DNA of 64,000 bases from Octopus sinensis (GCF_006345805.1 NC_042998.1:168330001-168394000), one strand, 5' to 3'; counted from the first letter of the stretch, positions 24,066 through 36,768 are shown. Made by a program: numbers and translations. The notes: generated from the sequence alone by a model not told the origin.

Positions 24066-25142
24066 TTTAGTACAAGGCAAGTAATTTTGAGAGGCGGGAG
24101 CAAACCGATTACCCCAAGCCCAGTATTTGAATCGTTCTTAATTATGGATGCTGAAAGGACGACAGGTCGATTATCCCAAACTCAATGTTTGAATCGTTAT
24201 TAATTAAGGATGCTGAAAGGATGAAAGGTAAATTTTACATAAAGACCCGCATGAAATACAAAGGCATTTTTCTAAAGAGTCTGCTATATTAATTAAAATA
24301 AACAATAATTTTATCTAATATAGGCACATGGCCTTAATAATTTTGGTGGTGGGTTCTTGTCGATTACACTGACTCAGCTGCTACTTATTTTATCGACTCC
24401 GAAACGATGAAAATTAAAGTCGATTTCGGTGGTGTTTGAAGTCAGAATAAAGATCCGGAAGAAAGACCGCTAAACATTTTGTCCGACGTATTAGCGATTC
24501 TGCTAGCTGCAGCATTGTTCTTTATACTATAGGAACAAAGCTTAAAATTTTGAGGGAAGGGACGAGTCGATTATGTCGAGCCTAGTACTCGAATGTTATT
24601 TATCGACACCGAAAGAATGAAAGGTAAAGTTAACCTCGGCAGGAATTGAACTCGGAAACTAAAGAGCCGAAAGAAATACCGCAAATCATTTTGTCCAACA
24701 CTCTAATGATTCTTCCATGATAACAATCCTTTCTATTATAGGCCTGAAATTTGGTGGGAGGTGGCCAGTCGATTGCATCGACTCCAGTCTTCAATTGGTG
24801 CTTTATTTATCGACCCCGAAAGAATGAACGGCAAAGTTGGCCTAAGTGGCATTTGAACTCAAAGCATAAAGATGAATGAAATGCTGTTAAGCATTTTGCC
24901 CGGCGTGCTAATAATTCTGCCAGCTTGATGATAATAATAATCCTTTCGATTAAAGGCAGAAGGCCTGACATTTGGGGTGGGGGAGGGCGAGGACTAGTCA
25001 ATCACATTGACTCCAGAGTTTCACTGGTACTTGATTTATCGACGCCGGAAGGATGAAGGCAAAGTCGGCCTCGGCGGAATTTGAACTCAGAACGTAACGA
25101 TAGGCGAAATGTATCTAAGCGCGATAATGATTCTGCCAGCTT
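24066..25142 (-). mobile_element. Array of about five head-to-tail SINE family 2 copies
   Basis: Copies start at about 24066, 24312, 24520, 24728 and 24940. Each has ...TTTATCGAC.CCGAAAGGATGAAAGG.AAAGT...TTTGAACTC-like motifs. Confidence 0.8.
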
Positions 25143-25829
25143 GATGATGATGATGATGATGATGATAATGTTGATGATAGAGCAACAAGCGGAACTATGT
25201 CGTGGTTGAGAACGACGATGACATAAATCAATCATCAGCAACAACAGTAACGATTGTAAAAAAAAAGAATTAAAAAATGGTGATTGTGACATCAGTGACT
25301 GTATCAACAATATCAACTATAACGACAGTGATGACAATCAAGGTGACAAAGACACTAACAAAGCAAGGAAGAACAACAGGCGAAAAACCAACATGAACAA
25401 TAAGAATAACAAGAACACTGACGACAGCAACAATAACGACGACCACAATGATGGCAATGAAAACAACATCGAAAAATATAAAGGAAGAATAACGGCAGAA
25501 ACAATAATAGACATATATTATTGTTAGGGTAGCGCATAGAACTGAGTAATTCTCGTCAGATTTACCCACGACAGCCTCACCTCATGTGAAATATCATAGA
25601 GAAGGGTGAGTAATAAAGATAGTTTCAATAAGGCTCTGATCCATCTGAATCAATCTAAACATTTCAATAGGTCTTTTAGTGCGGCCTGTTTAGGAGTCGT
25701 TTTCAGAAGTTGAACAGCTTCAATGTTCAACGGTGATCTCGCTGATTAGATTAAATGTCGAGCTGTCGAATTTGTTTTGAATCACTCGCTCAATCCGTCA
25801 GTAGTGTTCTCTCTATCTTGAGCCATTGC

Positions 25830-26650
25830 TGAGGAAGCAACGGGTGTTGAATTTTCAGCTGCACCGAACAAACAACCCAGCTGCATTTCTTCCGGCTCTT
25901 TATGTTCTAAACTCAAATCCCGCCAAGATCATCTTTGCCTTTCATCCCTTCGAGTGATAAAATGATGCAACAGTCAAGTATAGAGTCTCATCGACCCTGT
26001 ACTTGGCTAGTGCATCGTTCTTCTAAAATTGCTAGCCTTGTACCAAACTTTGTACCATTATTATTTCTATCATTTAGCGCGATAAGACAGCGCGCTGGCA
26101 GAATCATTAGCACGCCGAGCAAAATGCTTAACGGCATTTTGTCTGTCCATATGTTCTGAGTTAAAATTCCGTGGTCGAATTTGCCTTTTATCTTCTCAGG
26201 GTTGATAAAATGTAACACTGTGGTCGATGTAATCGACTAGTCCTCAACCCGCAAAATTCAAGCTTTATGCTTTTAGTAAAAAGGATTACTTAGAGTGGTA
26301 AAGCGACGAGCTGATAGAATCATTACCATGCCGGACAGAATGCTTAGCATTTTCATCCGCCTTTACCTTCTGAGTCCAAATTCCGTCGAGGCTGACTTTG
26401 CATTTCATCCTCTCAGGGTCGATAAAATAGGTACCATTTGAACACCGGAGTCGATGTGGATTGGCAAAATGTTTATAACAGTTGCTTTGCAGCATTTATT
26501 CCGAATCTTTACGTTCGAGGTTCATATCCTGCTGTGTCCAAGTTTGCTTTTCACCCCACCCCAACCAGTCAAGTAAGTGAGGTCGTGGGTCTCGATTAAT
26601 CCCTTCCCTTCGAAACTACTGGCCTTGTGCCTAAATTAAAACAATTATTA
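25830..26650 (+). mobile_element. Array of about four head-to-tail SINE family 2 copies
   Basis: Copies at about 25830, 26085, 26300 and 26480 (partial). Motifs GCTGGCAGAATCATTAGCACGCCG and GGTCGATAAAATAGGTACC. Confidence 0.75.
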
Positions 26651-26960
26651 TTGGGGTGGAGGATTATATGTATGCATGTATGTATGAATGTACGTAGGTA
26701 ATAATATATGTGCGTATGAGTATATATATATATATATATATACATACATAAATATATACGTTACTTACATATATGTGTATATATACATATACACACACAT
26801 ATACATGTATACATACTTAGAGTGAGAGAGAGAGAGGAGAAACAGATACATAGGCAGAAGGAGGGATATATATATATATGTGTATGCATGCATGCGTATA
26901 TATGTATATATATATGCTTTACCAAACAAACTTCTTATATCTATATATATATATATATAT

Positions 26961-26994
<34 letters not shown>

Positions 26995-27700
26995 CGAGAG
27001 AGAGAAAGAGAGAGAGACGTTATAATTACTGCTCGTATTAAACCAAATATAGCATAAAGCAGTTGATCACGTGATCATTGCCTCAAAATACCGTTACACA
27101 TGACCCCTAAAATGTCATCCTCAAAGAGCGTCTACCTTCCAGCAGTTTTTGATAGACATGTATAGACTTGCATAGAACTTGCGTGCACCTGACGCGTGTT
27201 GCTTAAATCTAGAAGTACAACCTTTGTTTATCTATCTAACTTCGGCCTTGTCCTTCTTGGAAAAGGATTGCTGTTCTCCCCTAGGGGCCTCCTTTTTTTT
27301 CTTTTACATATTCTATCTTGACTTTTTCTTATTGTTATTTTTTTTTTACCGACGCAGATTAAAAGCAGATGGCCTGCGCACACTAAAGATACACACACTT
27401 TCAGACTGTTTCAATGCAGATTATCTCAAAGCGATTACAAAGATATCTTTTGTTATAGATTAAGCTTCTACTATATTGGTTGTATGCATGAAATCTGAGC
27501 AGACATATTCATAAGCATAGTTTGAAGTGATATTAATTTTCTTAAAGAGCAATATGTACATCAAATGTGATCAGTATTGGACCTTTTCACAGATACATGA
27601 CTCTGAAATCTATAATGATGAGAAATATGAATGCGTGAGCTTCTTTTTTTTTTTGTTGTCTTTTCAAATTGCAGTGGATAACTTTTATCTCAAAATTTAT

Positions 27701-27864
27701 AGGCGCAGGAGTGGCTGTGTGGTAAGACGCTTGCTTCCAAACCACATGGTTCCGGGTTCAGTCCCTCTGCGTGGCACCTTAGGCAAGTGTTTTCTACTAT
27801 AGCCTTTGGCCGACCTAAGCCTTGTGAGTAGATTTGGTAGACTGAAACTGAAAGAAGCCCGTCG
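27701..27864 (+). mobile_element. SINE family 1, 5' half
   Basis: AGGCGCAGGAGTGGCTGTGTGGTAAG...GAAAGAAGCCCGTCG. Confidence 0.92.
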
Positions 27865-27899
27865 TGTGCGTATATGTATATATATATATATAACAAACC

Positions 27900-27994
27900 T
27901 TTACATAAATAAATAACGTGAAATACACGAAGGGACGAACATAAAGGACAAACGGGTCATTCAAAGCCTTCGTTCTTCAGTCAGAAACTGATTC

Positions 27995-27998
<4 letters not shown>
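27900..27998 (-). repeat. Short TA-embedded repeat of the same family as 15682-15961
   Basis: CGGGTCATTCAAAGCCTTCGTTCTTCAGTCAG is homologous to CGGGTCATTCGAAGCTTTCTGTCCTCAGTCAAG. Confidence 0.7.
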
Positions 27999-28033
<35 letters not shown>

Positions 28034-28149
28034 TCGAGTAGACATACATCAAAAGTCTTTGCAGACATTCCAACACTTTTCTAGACCATGTCTAGACAGC
28101 GGGGAGTGATTTGTGGAAAATTCAGCAGTGATCCTTAATAGTTCAAGTG

Positions 28150-28327
28150 GTCAAATAGAGGCGTAGTGCTCAAACTCAGTGCTCAACTGGTACTTCTTTT
28201 TTTAACCCCTAAAGGATGAAAGTCAATGTCTACCTGAACGGAATTTGAACTCAGAACGTAAAAGAGGACGAAATATCGCTGAGCATTTTGCCCGGCGTGC
28301 TAACAATTCTTTCTGTTCGCCGCCTTT
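28150..28327 (-). mobile_element. SINE family 2
   Basis: GGAATTTGAACTCAGAACGTAAAAG...TTTTGCCCGGCGTGCTAAC...TCGCCGCCTT. Confidence 0.85.
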
Positions 28328-28454
28328 TCCATTCCTAATATCAGTATTAGTATTATCACATCACAGAACTCAATAAAACTTGCGACAATTGACAGAAATT
28401 CATATAAACTTAGAGAATAAAAAGATGTCTTTGCAGCTAAGAAATTGAAAATTT

Positions 28455-28600
28455 ACATATCTTTATTTCATCCTTTAGTTGTTTCGTTAACGGGACCGCG
28501 GCCATTTTAGGGCACCGCTTTGAGGGGTTTAGTCGAGCGAATCGCTGCCAGCACTTATTTTTTTTAAAGCCTAATATATATTTGTTATATCTTGACAAAA
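28455..28600 (-). mobile_element. SINE family 1, degraded 3' fragment
   Basis: CCGCGGCCATTTTAGGGCACCGCTTTGAGGGGTTTAGTCGAGCGAATCG. Confidence 0.7.
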
Positions 28601-28849
28601 AAAGAAAACATGGCTTCCGTGATGTCACACACCTACACACATACAGAACACTCACACATATAATGAATGTCATGGCATGTCAATCAACACAAACACACAT
28701 CCGCTATCTGTGACATATACACACACATAGTCTGTGTAAATTGCTCTCCCTCTCCCTCGCCCCCTCTTTCTCACACACACACGCGTCCATTTCATATACA
28801 CGTTCATACATCTTTCTCGTTCTCCTCTCTTCCAATTTAAAACAAAAGT

Positions 28850-28995
28850 AACTAATTATTTACATTATTTACATTTGACAGGTATTTGTCCTTATCTTTG
28901 TTGTTAACACAACGTTTTGGCGGATATGCCCTCCAGCCTTCATCAGGTGTCTTGGGAAAATTTTGAACCTGGGTTCTCATTCCTAAGGTATTTTT
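28850..28995 (-). mobile_element. Short HHR-bearing repeat (PLE-type terminus) with (AATGTAAAT)n tail
   Basis: ACAC-CUGAUGA-A-GGCUG-loop-CCGCC-AAAA-CGUU-GUGU at 28950-28907; G12 is mutated to A. Confidence 0.65.
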
Positions 28996-28997
28996 GG

Positions 28998-29606
28998 AGA
29001 GGAGTGTACGAGCCGCACACAATTGTACGAGTGGGTCAGACGTTTCCAAGATGGCCGAGAAAATGTCATTAGTGACGAACATTCTCGGAGGCCCGCAACC
29101 AACAGAACTGAGAAAAACATCGCATCTATGAGAGGAAATTGTCGAATCACCATCTGTGAGTTATCAGAGGATGTGCAGGTTTGTTACAGTTCATTTCAGT
29201 CCATTATCACTAAATATTTGAGTATGAGACGCGTGTCTGCCAAGTTTGTGCCAAAACTACTTTCAGCTGTCCAAAAAGACCTTGCACGAGACCTTGTTGG
29301 TGTCGAGAACGATGAAAACGTACTGAAAAACTTTATGTAGCCCTCTGAGCAGGTATCGCCAGGTTTTGGCAAAATTGGATGCAGATTTCTTGCTCAGCTT
29401 TCTCTGAGATGGTCAATGCGACGACCACACCCTACACACGTTCCTTCCAAGTACTGCTGTAAACAGTGGTAGGGAGTTAAAACGTTAAAACAAAGTGCGC
29501 ATGCACAGCAGCACTCAAATTCAATCTTCCTCAAGCGGCTTTACTCTGCGTGCTTTAGCTTCGTTACTACGGCAACAGTCTGGATTCTTATTCATCAGAC
29601 CACGTG
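28998..29606. mobile_element. Rearranged mariner: 5' end on minus strand (29336-29606), following segment on plus strand (28998-29335)
   Basis: TIR CACGTGGTCTGATGAATAAGAATCCAGACT (rc) plus TA. Minus strand gives QEICIQFCQNL. Plus strand gives SRTQLYEWVRRFQDGRE...RRVSAKFVPKLL. Confidence 0.8.
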
Positions 29607-29652
29607 TATGTTTATATCTTTTACACGCGCGCACATACACCACACATGCAAC

Positions 29653-29738
<86 letters not shown>

Positions 29739-30354
29739 ATGTATGTATGTATGTATGTAATGTAGGTATACTCTTTATGTATGTATTGATGTGTCTATGT
29801 GTTTATGTGTGTGTGTGCATGTATGTGTGTGCGCGTTTGTGTGTGTGTGTGCATGTAACTATGTTGTGTTAGGGTTGTAGGAGTGCATGCCTATATCCGT
29901 GATCACATGGTACGGTCGGATTTTCAATTATAACTGTTTAAATATTGTTAACGCGAGGGTGTAAATAACTTCAACGAGGAAATTTCTTCAACTAGTCAAT
30001 CATGAATGTGAAACGTGACTCCAAAGAGCTGAACCAATAGCTATGAACCTCAGCAATAGATAGCAGGTGTGTCGTTCCGAAAGTTTTCGCTTATGAATAA
30101 CGCTGGATGTAATAACACATTTATTCTGGATGTAGTGACGAACGTATAGCTTGGAATTTTATGACATAGGAGTATGGATTCACTTTCTTTTCCGATATAC
30201 ACACATTTTGTATGCTCGTACATACACTCACATATTCACACGTACACAGCCGAATAAAAAATCATAGACACACACACACACACACACTCCATATATATAT
30301 AATTAATACATTTATATATATATATATATATATATAATATAATATATATCATAC

Positions 30355-30395
<41 letters not shown>

Positions 30396-30404
30396 ATATA
30401 TATA

Positions 30405-30435
<31 letters not shown>

Positions 30436-30569
30436 ATATAATATATATGTATATGTATATGCATATATATATGCATATACTTATATCATATATATATGTA
30501 TATGCATATATATATGCATGGATGTATGTATGTGTGTGTGTGTATGTATGAATATATTTTCTTTCGTTA

Positions 30570-30682
30570 TTAAAGCTGCAAAACATCACAAAAAAACTGT
30601 CACACAGAGTTTCACGTTCCCGTTCATTGGACAGTTGTGATCAAGAACGGAAGAGTATTTTTTATGTTTTTGCAGCTTTAAT
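30570..30682. mobile_element. Decayed palindromic HHR-bearing repeat related to 15208-15430
   Basis: Terminal inverted ATTAAAGCTGCAAAACAT and ATGTTTTTGCAGCTTTAAT. Minus strand 30634-30597 reads CUGU-CCAAUGA-ACG-GGAA-CGU-GAAA-CUCUGUG-UG-ACAG. Confidence 0.6.
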
Positions 30683-30692
30683 TTTAAAAAAA

Positions 30693-30862
30693 AACATGTT
30701 ACGTCTGTCTTTACGTTCTGAGTTCAAATTCAGCCGAGGTCGACTTTGCCTTTCATCATTTTGGGGTCGATAAATTAAGTACCAGTTGCATACTAGGGTC
30801 GATCTCATCGACTGGCCCCTTCTCACAAAGTTTCGGCCTTGTGCCTAGAATAGAAAAGAACA
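30693..30862 (+). mobile_element. SINE family 2, 5'-truncated
   Basis: B box GAGTTCAAATTC, central GGGGTCGATAAATTAAGTACCAG and tail GCCTAGAATAGAAAAGAA. Confidence 0.9.
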
Positions 30863-32256
30863 TTTAACTGCTTGGAACAAGTAGGGTTTGCAATTATGTA
30901 TTTACCTAAAGTATGGAGAGCTCTAGTGAGAACGCTTCACATTTTGATTGGACGTCATACTCTTCGTTTATACGTTTCCACATAAAATGAGACAGAGGAA
31001 AAGTGCATACTTTTTCTCTTGATATAGAGGAATGAAAATATAGACCACACCGTTTTTGATGTCAGTATTGCAGCCTATATAACGATCATAGAAAGAGTGG
31101 TGCCTCTTAGCGCATAAGTACTCTGATTTTAGAAGTTACAGCTACTTGCTGGTGCAGAGGCTGTTCAGATGTTTATTTTGTCGTTCTGGAAACAGTATTG
31201 TCTAGACATAAATAACTAACTTAATATAATGTGCGTTGAATAGTTTAGGATAACTGCCTGTAATCGTAAAGTGGTGCCTTATATGACATAGGAAGGTCTT
31301 GGAAATATATGCTATACGGGAAAGCTGAAGGAAATGATTGGCCACTTTCTGACTTTTCTGAATGCATAATATAGGTGAGGATTCACTTTATAAACTAAAT
31401 TATCGTTAAAGCCAGCACCTGACTAGTACATCATTATAGCAGGTGGCTGCTACATTGAAAATTTCACTTCGGGCGAGAATTTGTTGATTCTCCAGTTACT
31501 ACTGGTACCAGGATCCCTGGATGGGAATGCATGAAGATTTTCATGCTTCCACACACACACACACACGCATACACACAGAGTCAACATCTTTTCAAGTACA
31601 CAAATAAAACCCTCATATGCATATGTATCCTAATATGTATATATATATACCTACATGCATATTTACATACATATATACATAGAGAGATATTAATGTTCAT
31701 GCATGCATAAATGCTTGCATATACACATTCATGCAACATATAGACATATGAACATGTATAGATAAATAATTAAAACATATGAAAACATTTACTCAATAGG
31801 AATGCAGGTGTGTATCTTCACAAGTTGGTTGGCTGTGCTGCGAATTGTGACTATATGCATACATACACTGACACATATAAACACACTCACACACACCACA
31901 CACACACACACACATATTTTGAGTGTATATGTCCCTCTGTGTCTCCATATAAATACTCACGATTATATTCAGACAGTGAACAAACAGGTCGGCACGGATA
32001 AGCGCATGCACACCTATAGGTACTTCCGTGTTAAGTGGGTTGAAAAAATTGTCAAAAGAACGAATTGTGAAAATCTCATTGTTAGCTATGAAATTTGAAG
32101 TCTTTTAGAGTTTCAGTGAAACGAAACCGTCATTGCTATACAGCACTAATGATTTACAATTCACACCATTATCAAATATATACATATGCAATCCTGCTGA
32201 GTAAATGTTTTAATTTGTTAGAATTATTTGTATGTGTGTGTGTTTGTGTATATGTA

Positions 32257-32301
<45 letters not shown>

Positions 32302-32359
32302 CATATACACACACACTATATATATTATACACACACTACACACGTATATATAAATTTTC

Positions 32360-32567
32360 AATATGTGACCACGTTGTACTGTTGGCGATTTTCTTTCTCC
32401 GTCTTCTCTTCCTTGGACCTTTCCTTTTTCTATGTTTCTGACGAAGAGCTCCGCTCGAAACGTTAAATCCTCCTTCTTTCTTTCCTTTCCTGACCGTCCA
32501 ATAACACTATACTTGTTCCACGTCTTCGCGTTGTTTTGTTTTCTCTTTGTTCGTGTTTGGATTAACA

Positions 32568-32570
<3 letters not shown>
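32360..32570 (+). mobile_element. PLE-type solo terminal repeat
   Basis: Homologous to 15455-15680 over about 200 bp. Architecture parallels the PLE end at 54447-54640. Followed by (TA)n. Confidence 0.75.
32434..32468 (+). ncRNA. Minimal type I hammerhead ribozyme motif with intact core
   Basis: GUUU-CUGACGA-A-GAGC-UCC-GCUC-GAAA-CGUU/AAAU. Palindromic ACGU helix III. Predicted cleavage after 32464. Confidence 0.7.
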
Positions 32571-32608
<38 letters not shown>

Positions 32609-32869
32609 CATACATAAACAATATTGGAGATCACTATATGGATCCCTCGTATGCTAAAAGTAGACGTCAAACCGTCTTACCACGAACTCTGTGTCCCCAA
32701 CATAGTAATGCGCTAGATGATTACAAGCTAGATAAATGGAAAGAAATAAACATTGCACTTGGTCCTCGGACGTTTTTAAGTATGTTGGCCACTAGTTTAA
32801 ATTGATATTATTTCTACTATTTAATAATATTAATTTCTGCTCTTATATATATATATTCCCTCTGTATGT

Positions 32870-32979
32870 GTGTGTTCGCATATGTTATATATATATGTAT
32901 GTATATATATATATTATAAATATATATTATATATATATATATATATTAATATCTATATATAGAATATATATATATATAC

Positions 32980-33070
<91 letters not shown>
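32870..33070. repeat. (TA)n-rich microsatellite
   Basis: Seen directly. Confidence 0.95.
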
Positions 33071-33075
<5 letters not shown>

Positions 33076-33244
33076 GTAAAAATATACCGAAATACTACTA
33101 GGTGAAATATGTTGATTTTATTAAATTAATTATATTTCACCCTATTTCTGTAATATATATATATATAATACATATTATAAATACACATACACACGTATAT
33201 TTATATATCCCGTCGTATACACACACACACATACATTTGTATAC

Positions 33245-33589
33245 GTTTGTGTTTATTCGCTACCACTTGACGGCTGGTATTGGTTTGTGTAAGTCCCCAA
33301 AACCAAGCGGTTCGGCAAAAGGTACCGATAGAATAAGTACTGGGTTATAAGAAAATAGATATTGGGTTCGATTCAAGACGGTACTCTAGCACATGCTGGA
33401 GCAACGCCTTAAAGGGTTTTAGTAGAATAAATTGACTCCAGGACTTATTCGTTGTAAGCCTAGTACTTATACTATCGGTCTCTTTTGCCGAACCGCTTGT
33501 TACGGGGACGTAAACACACCAACATCGATTGTCAAGCAATGGTGGGTGAACAAACACAGACACAAAGACACACGCACACACACACACGC

Positions 33590-33638
<49 letters not shown>

Positions 33639-33807
33639 TATGTGTGTGTATGTATAAAGCGGTCTTCTTTCAGTTTCCACCTACCAAACCTACTCACAAG
33701 GATTTGGTCGACCCGTGGCTATAGTCGAAGAGACCCAAAGTGCCAAGCAGTGAGACTGAACCTAGAACCATGCGGTTGGGAAGCAAGCTTCTTACCACAC
33801 AGCCGCA
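33245..33807. mobile_element. SINE family 1: plus-strand 3' half (33245-33390) fused tail-to-tail with a minus-strand copy (33391-33807)
   Basis: GCGGTTCGGCAAAAGGTACCGATAGAATAAGTACT is mirrored by AGTACTTATACTATCGGTCTCTTTTGCCGAACCGC. Confidence 0.85.
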
Positions 33808-34379
33808 CTGTACATACACACACACACACACAACACACACAGATATACACACACGCACGCGCGCGCGCGCAAATGTTTGTCAGTGTAAAACCGTATAAGT
33901 GTGTGATAAATGTATCTATTTAATAATCGACTGATCGCAAGCCTTTTTTGACATGTTTGTGTCACTCTTTTGTCAGGTGTCAAACGTCATTTATTTACTC
34001 ATGTGCCATCTCATGTCATCCCACAGCGAACAGATCCAACCACTACCTGGACTGCAAGGAACTGTTTAGCACCAGTTTGTTACATTTGCTTATATCCACT
34101 CATCTTCTGCCTTCCTTCTTTTCCTTTTATTTAAATTCTTAAAACAACATGTTTAACTACTGGTCTAATTTAGGCATTTCTCTGCTTTTTAATGTCAGTT
34201 GGTACTTTCCCTGTGTATTTCATGAGCATACTCACAGCTCTTTCACGTATTTACTTTACATATATCTATCTGTCTGTCTGTCTGCATAAGCCTGTCTATT
34301 TTCCTTTCTTTCTCATTTACTCCTCTCTCATTCTCTGTTTGTCTCTCTCTGTCTAGCTTCGACTATCTGTGTCTCGCTC

Positions 34380-34960
34380 TGTCTTACTGTATGTGTGTGT
34401 GTATATATGTATGTGTGTGTGTGTCTGTGTGTGTGTGTATGTGTATGTATATATTTATATATGCATGTATACATATGTATATACATATATATATATATAT
34501 GTATATATATATATGTATATATATATGTATATAAATATATATATATACATATTATATATACATATATATATATACATATATTATACATATATCTATACAT
34601 ATATATATGTATATACATATATATACATGCATATATAAATATATACATACACATCACACACACAGACACAGACACATATATATATGTATGTATATATATA
34701 TGATGTATATATGTATGTATATATATGTATATATATAATATATATATAATATATGCATGTATATATATACACACACACACCACACACACACACCATATAT
34801 ATATGCACATATATAAATAACACACATACAACACATGCGTATACACATTTGCCATACACTGTGTTGCTACAATATTTCCCTGACTATGCATATATATATA
34901 TTATATATATATATATATATATAATCTATATATATATATATATATATATAGATATATATA
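34380..34960. repeat. Compound TG/TA/CA microsatellite
   Basis: Seen directly. Confidence 0.95.
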
Positions 34961-35386
34961 ATTCATAAGAGATATATGGCATTTTAGAAAATGAAGATAT
35001 AGCATTAATATAATCTATTGTGTGCAAAAATTCAACATATTTTCTTACAACCCGTTTCAGTTTAGTCTCAAAGATTAAATTACAATAATTAACTCATTGT
35101 ATTAGGCAACATCCCATCAGACGGGTAGAAAAAATATACCGTTAGGTTTATTAGGTGTTGTGTTTTCAAATCATCTCAGCAGATTTATATATACATGTAT
35201 ACATACATACATACATACACACACACAACACACACACACACACATATATATTCATATATAATATATTATAATATATATATATATATATATATTATATATT
35301 ATATATACATATATTATACGTATGTATATATATATATATATATATACATATATACATACATATACATACATAGTTACATAAATATA

Positions 35387-35458
<72 letters not shown>

Positions 35459-36073
35459 TAGTAAAGGAATGTTGTTGTGACAGTGTATGATGTACGTGCA
35501 TATGTATGTGTATGTGTGTGTGTGTGTGTGTGTGTGAACAATGATATGTTGGCTTAGAATACTCATGTGATTATGTCGATATCAATACAGAGAATATCGA
35601 AAAATACCAGCAAAACAACAAAAGCGTTGCATGATAAATAAGGAGATCTAGCTACGCCATAGATGCACTTATTCTGAACATACCCGGCTGGGATGCGTTG
35701 TAGGTAAAACTGGTAGTCGGTTAGATGATGGGATATATTTATCTACCTAAGCTGTGTTAAGGCCGATGGGATGAGGTGTCTGCATTATCAGACACTGTCA
35801 TATTAGTCACGATTGACTGAACATAGATGAAATGGTGTTGATTTTTCTTTCGTAATGGTGTTGATGGAGTGTCGAATGACAGAACACCAAAGTAGAGCTT
35901 CTTCTCTAATGAAAGTGAAATCTATTCATTCTTTTGCATGTTTCATAGGAGTGAAATATGTTTACATTGGTTATTATGGACTCTGGATATGTATCTGTAT
36001 GTGTTAATACGAGCACACATACAGAGTACACACACACACACACACACCACACACACACACACACATACACACA

Positions 36074-36300
36074 CATGCCATGCTGGGGCAACGCCTTGAA
36101 GGATTTTAGTCGAACAAATCAACACTACTCTCTTTTACTCTTTTACTTGTTTGTCATGTGACTGTGGCCATGCTGGAGCACCGCCTTTAGTCGAGCAAAT
36201 CGACCCCAGGACTTATTCTTTGTAAGCCTATCGGTGTCTTTTGCCGAACCGCTAAGTTACGGGGACATAAACACACCAGCATCGGTTGTCAATATGTGTG
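36074..36300 (-). mobile_element. Two nested SINE family 1 3' fragments
   Basis: Older CCATGCTGGGGCAACGCCTTG... is interrupted at about 36124 by a younger TACTCTCTTTTACTCTTTTACTTG... copy. Confidence 0.8.
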
Positions 36301-36320
36301 TAAATATACACACACACACG

Positions 36321-36354
<34 letters not shown>

Positions 36355-36710
36355 AATACAGATATATATATATAAGCATAAACATATGCATAGTTCCTAG
36401 TTTGTTCGCTTGTTTTACTTCTTTTTCTGAGAAACAGAACAACAAATCATAATTATAATTAAAAAACAAAATTGAAGAATCTGAAATTTTCTGAGGCAGT
36501 ATACTTTGCTTTTACTTCAACATTTCTCACCATCTCAGCGTGTGCTTCAGAATGTTATACATATGGTAGCATAAAATATAGAATTAATTATATTCATGAA
36601 AATAAAACTTCGATTTCTTTTCATTTCCTTTCCTTGTAAAAGTTCTCTGTCTACACCTGTGTATATTCCTAACATATGCAGTTGAGTGTGTGTGAGTGTG
36701 TGTGTGTGTG

Positions 36711-36768
<58 letters not shown>

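Noticed and set aside
32870-33070. Regular single-base interruptions in TA/CA/GATA tracts as a hidden pattern
   Set aside because: Typical of slippage or long-read consensus indel errors; not interpretable without reads.
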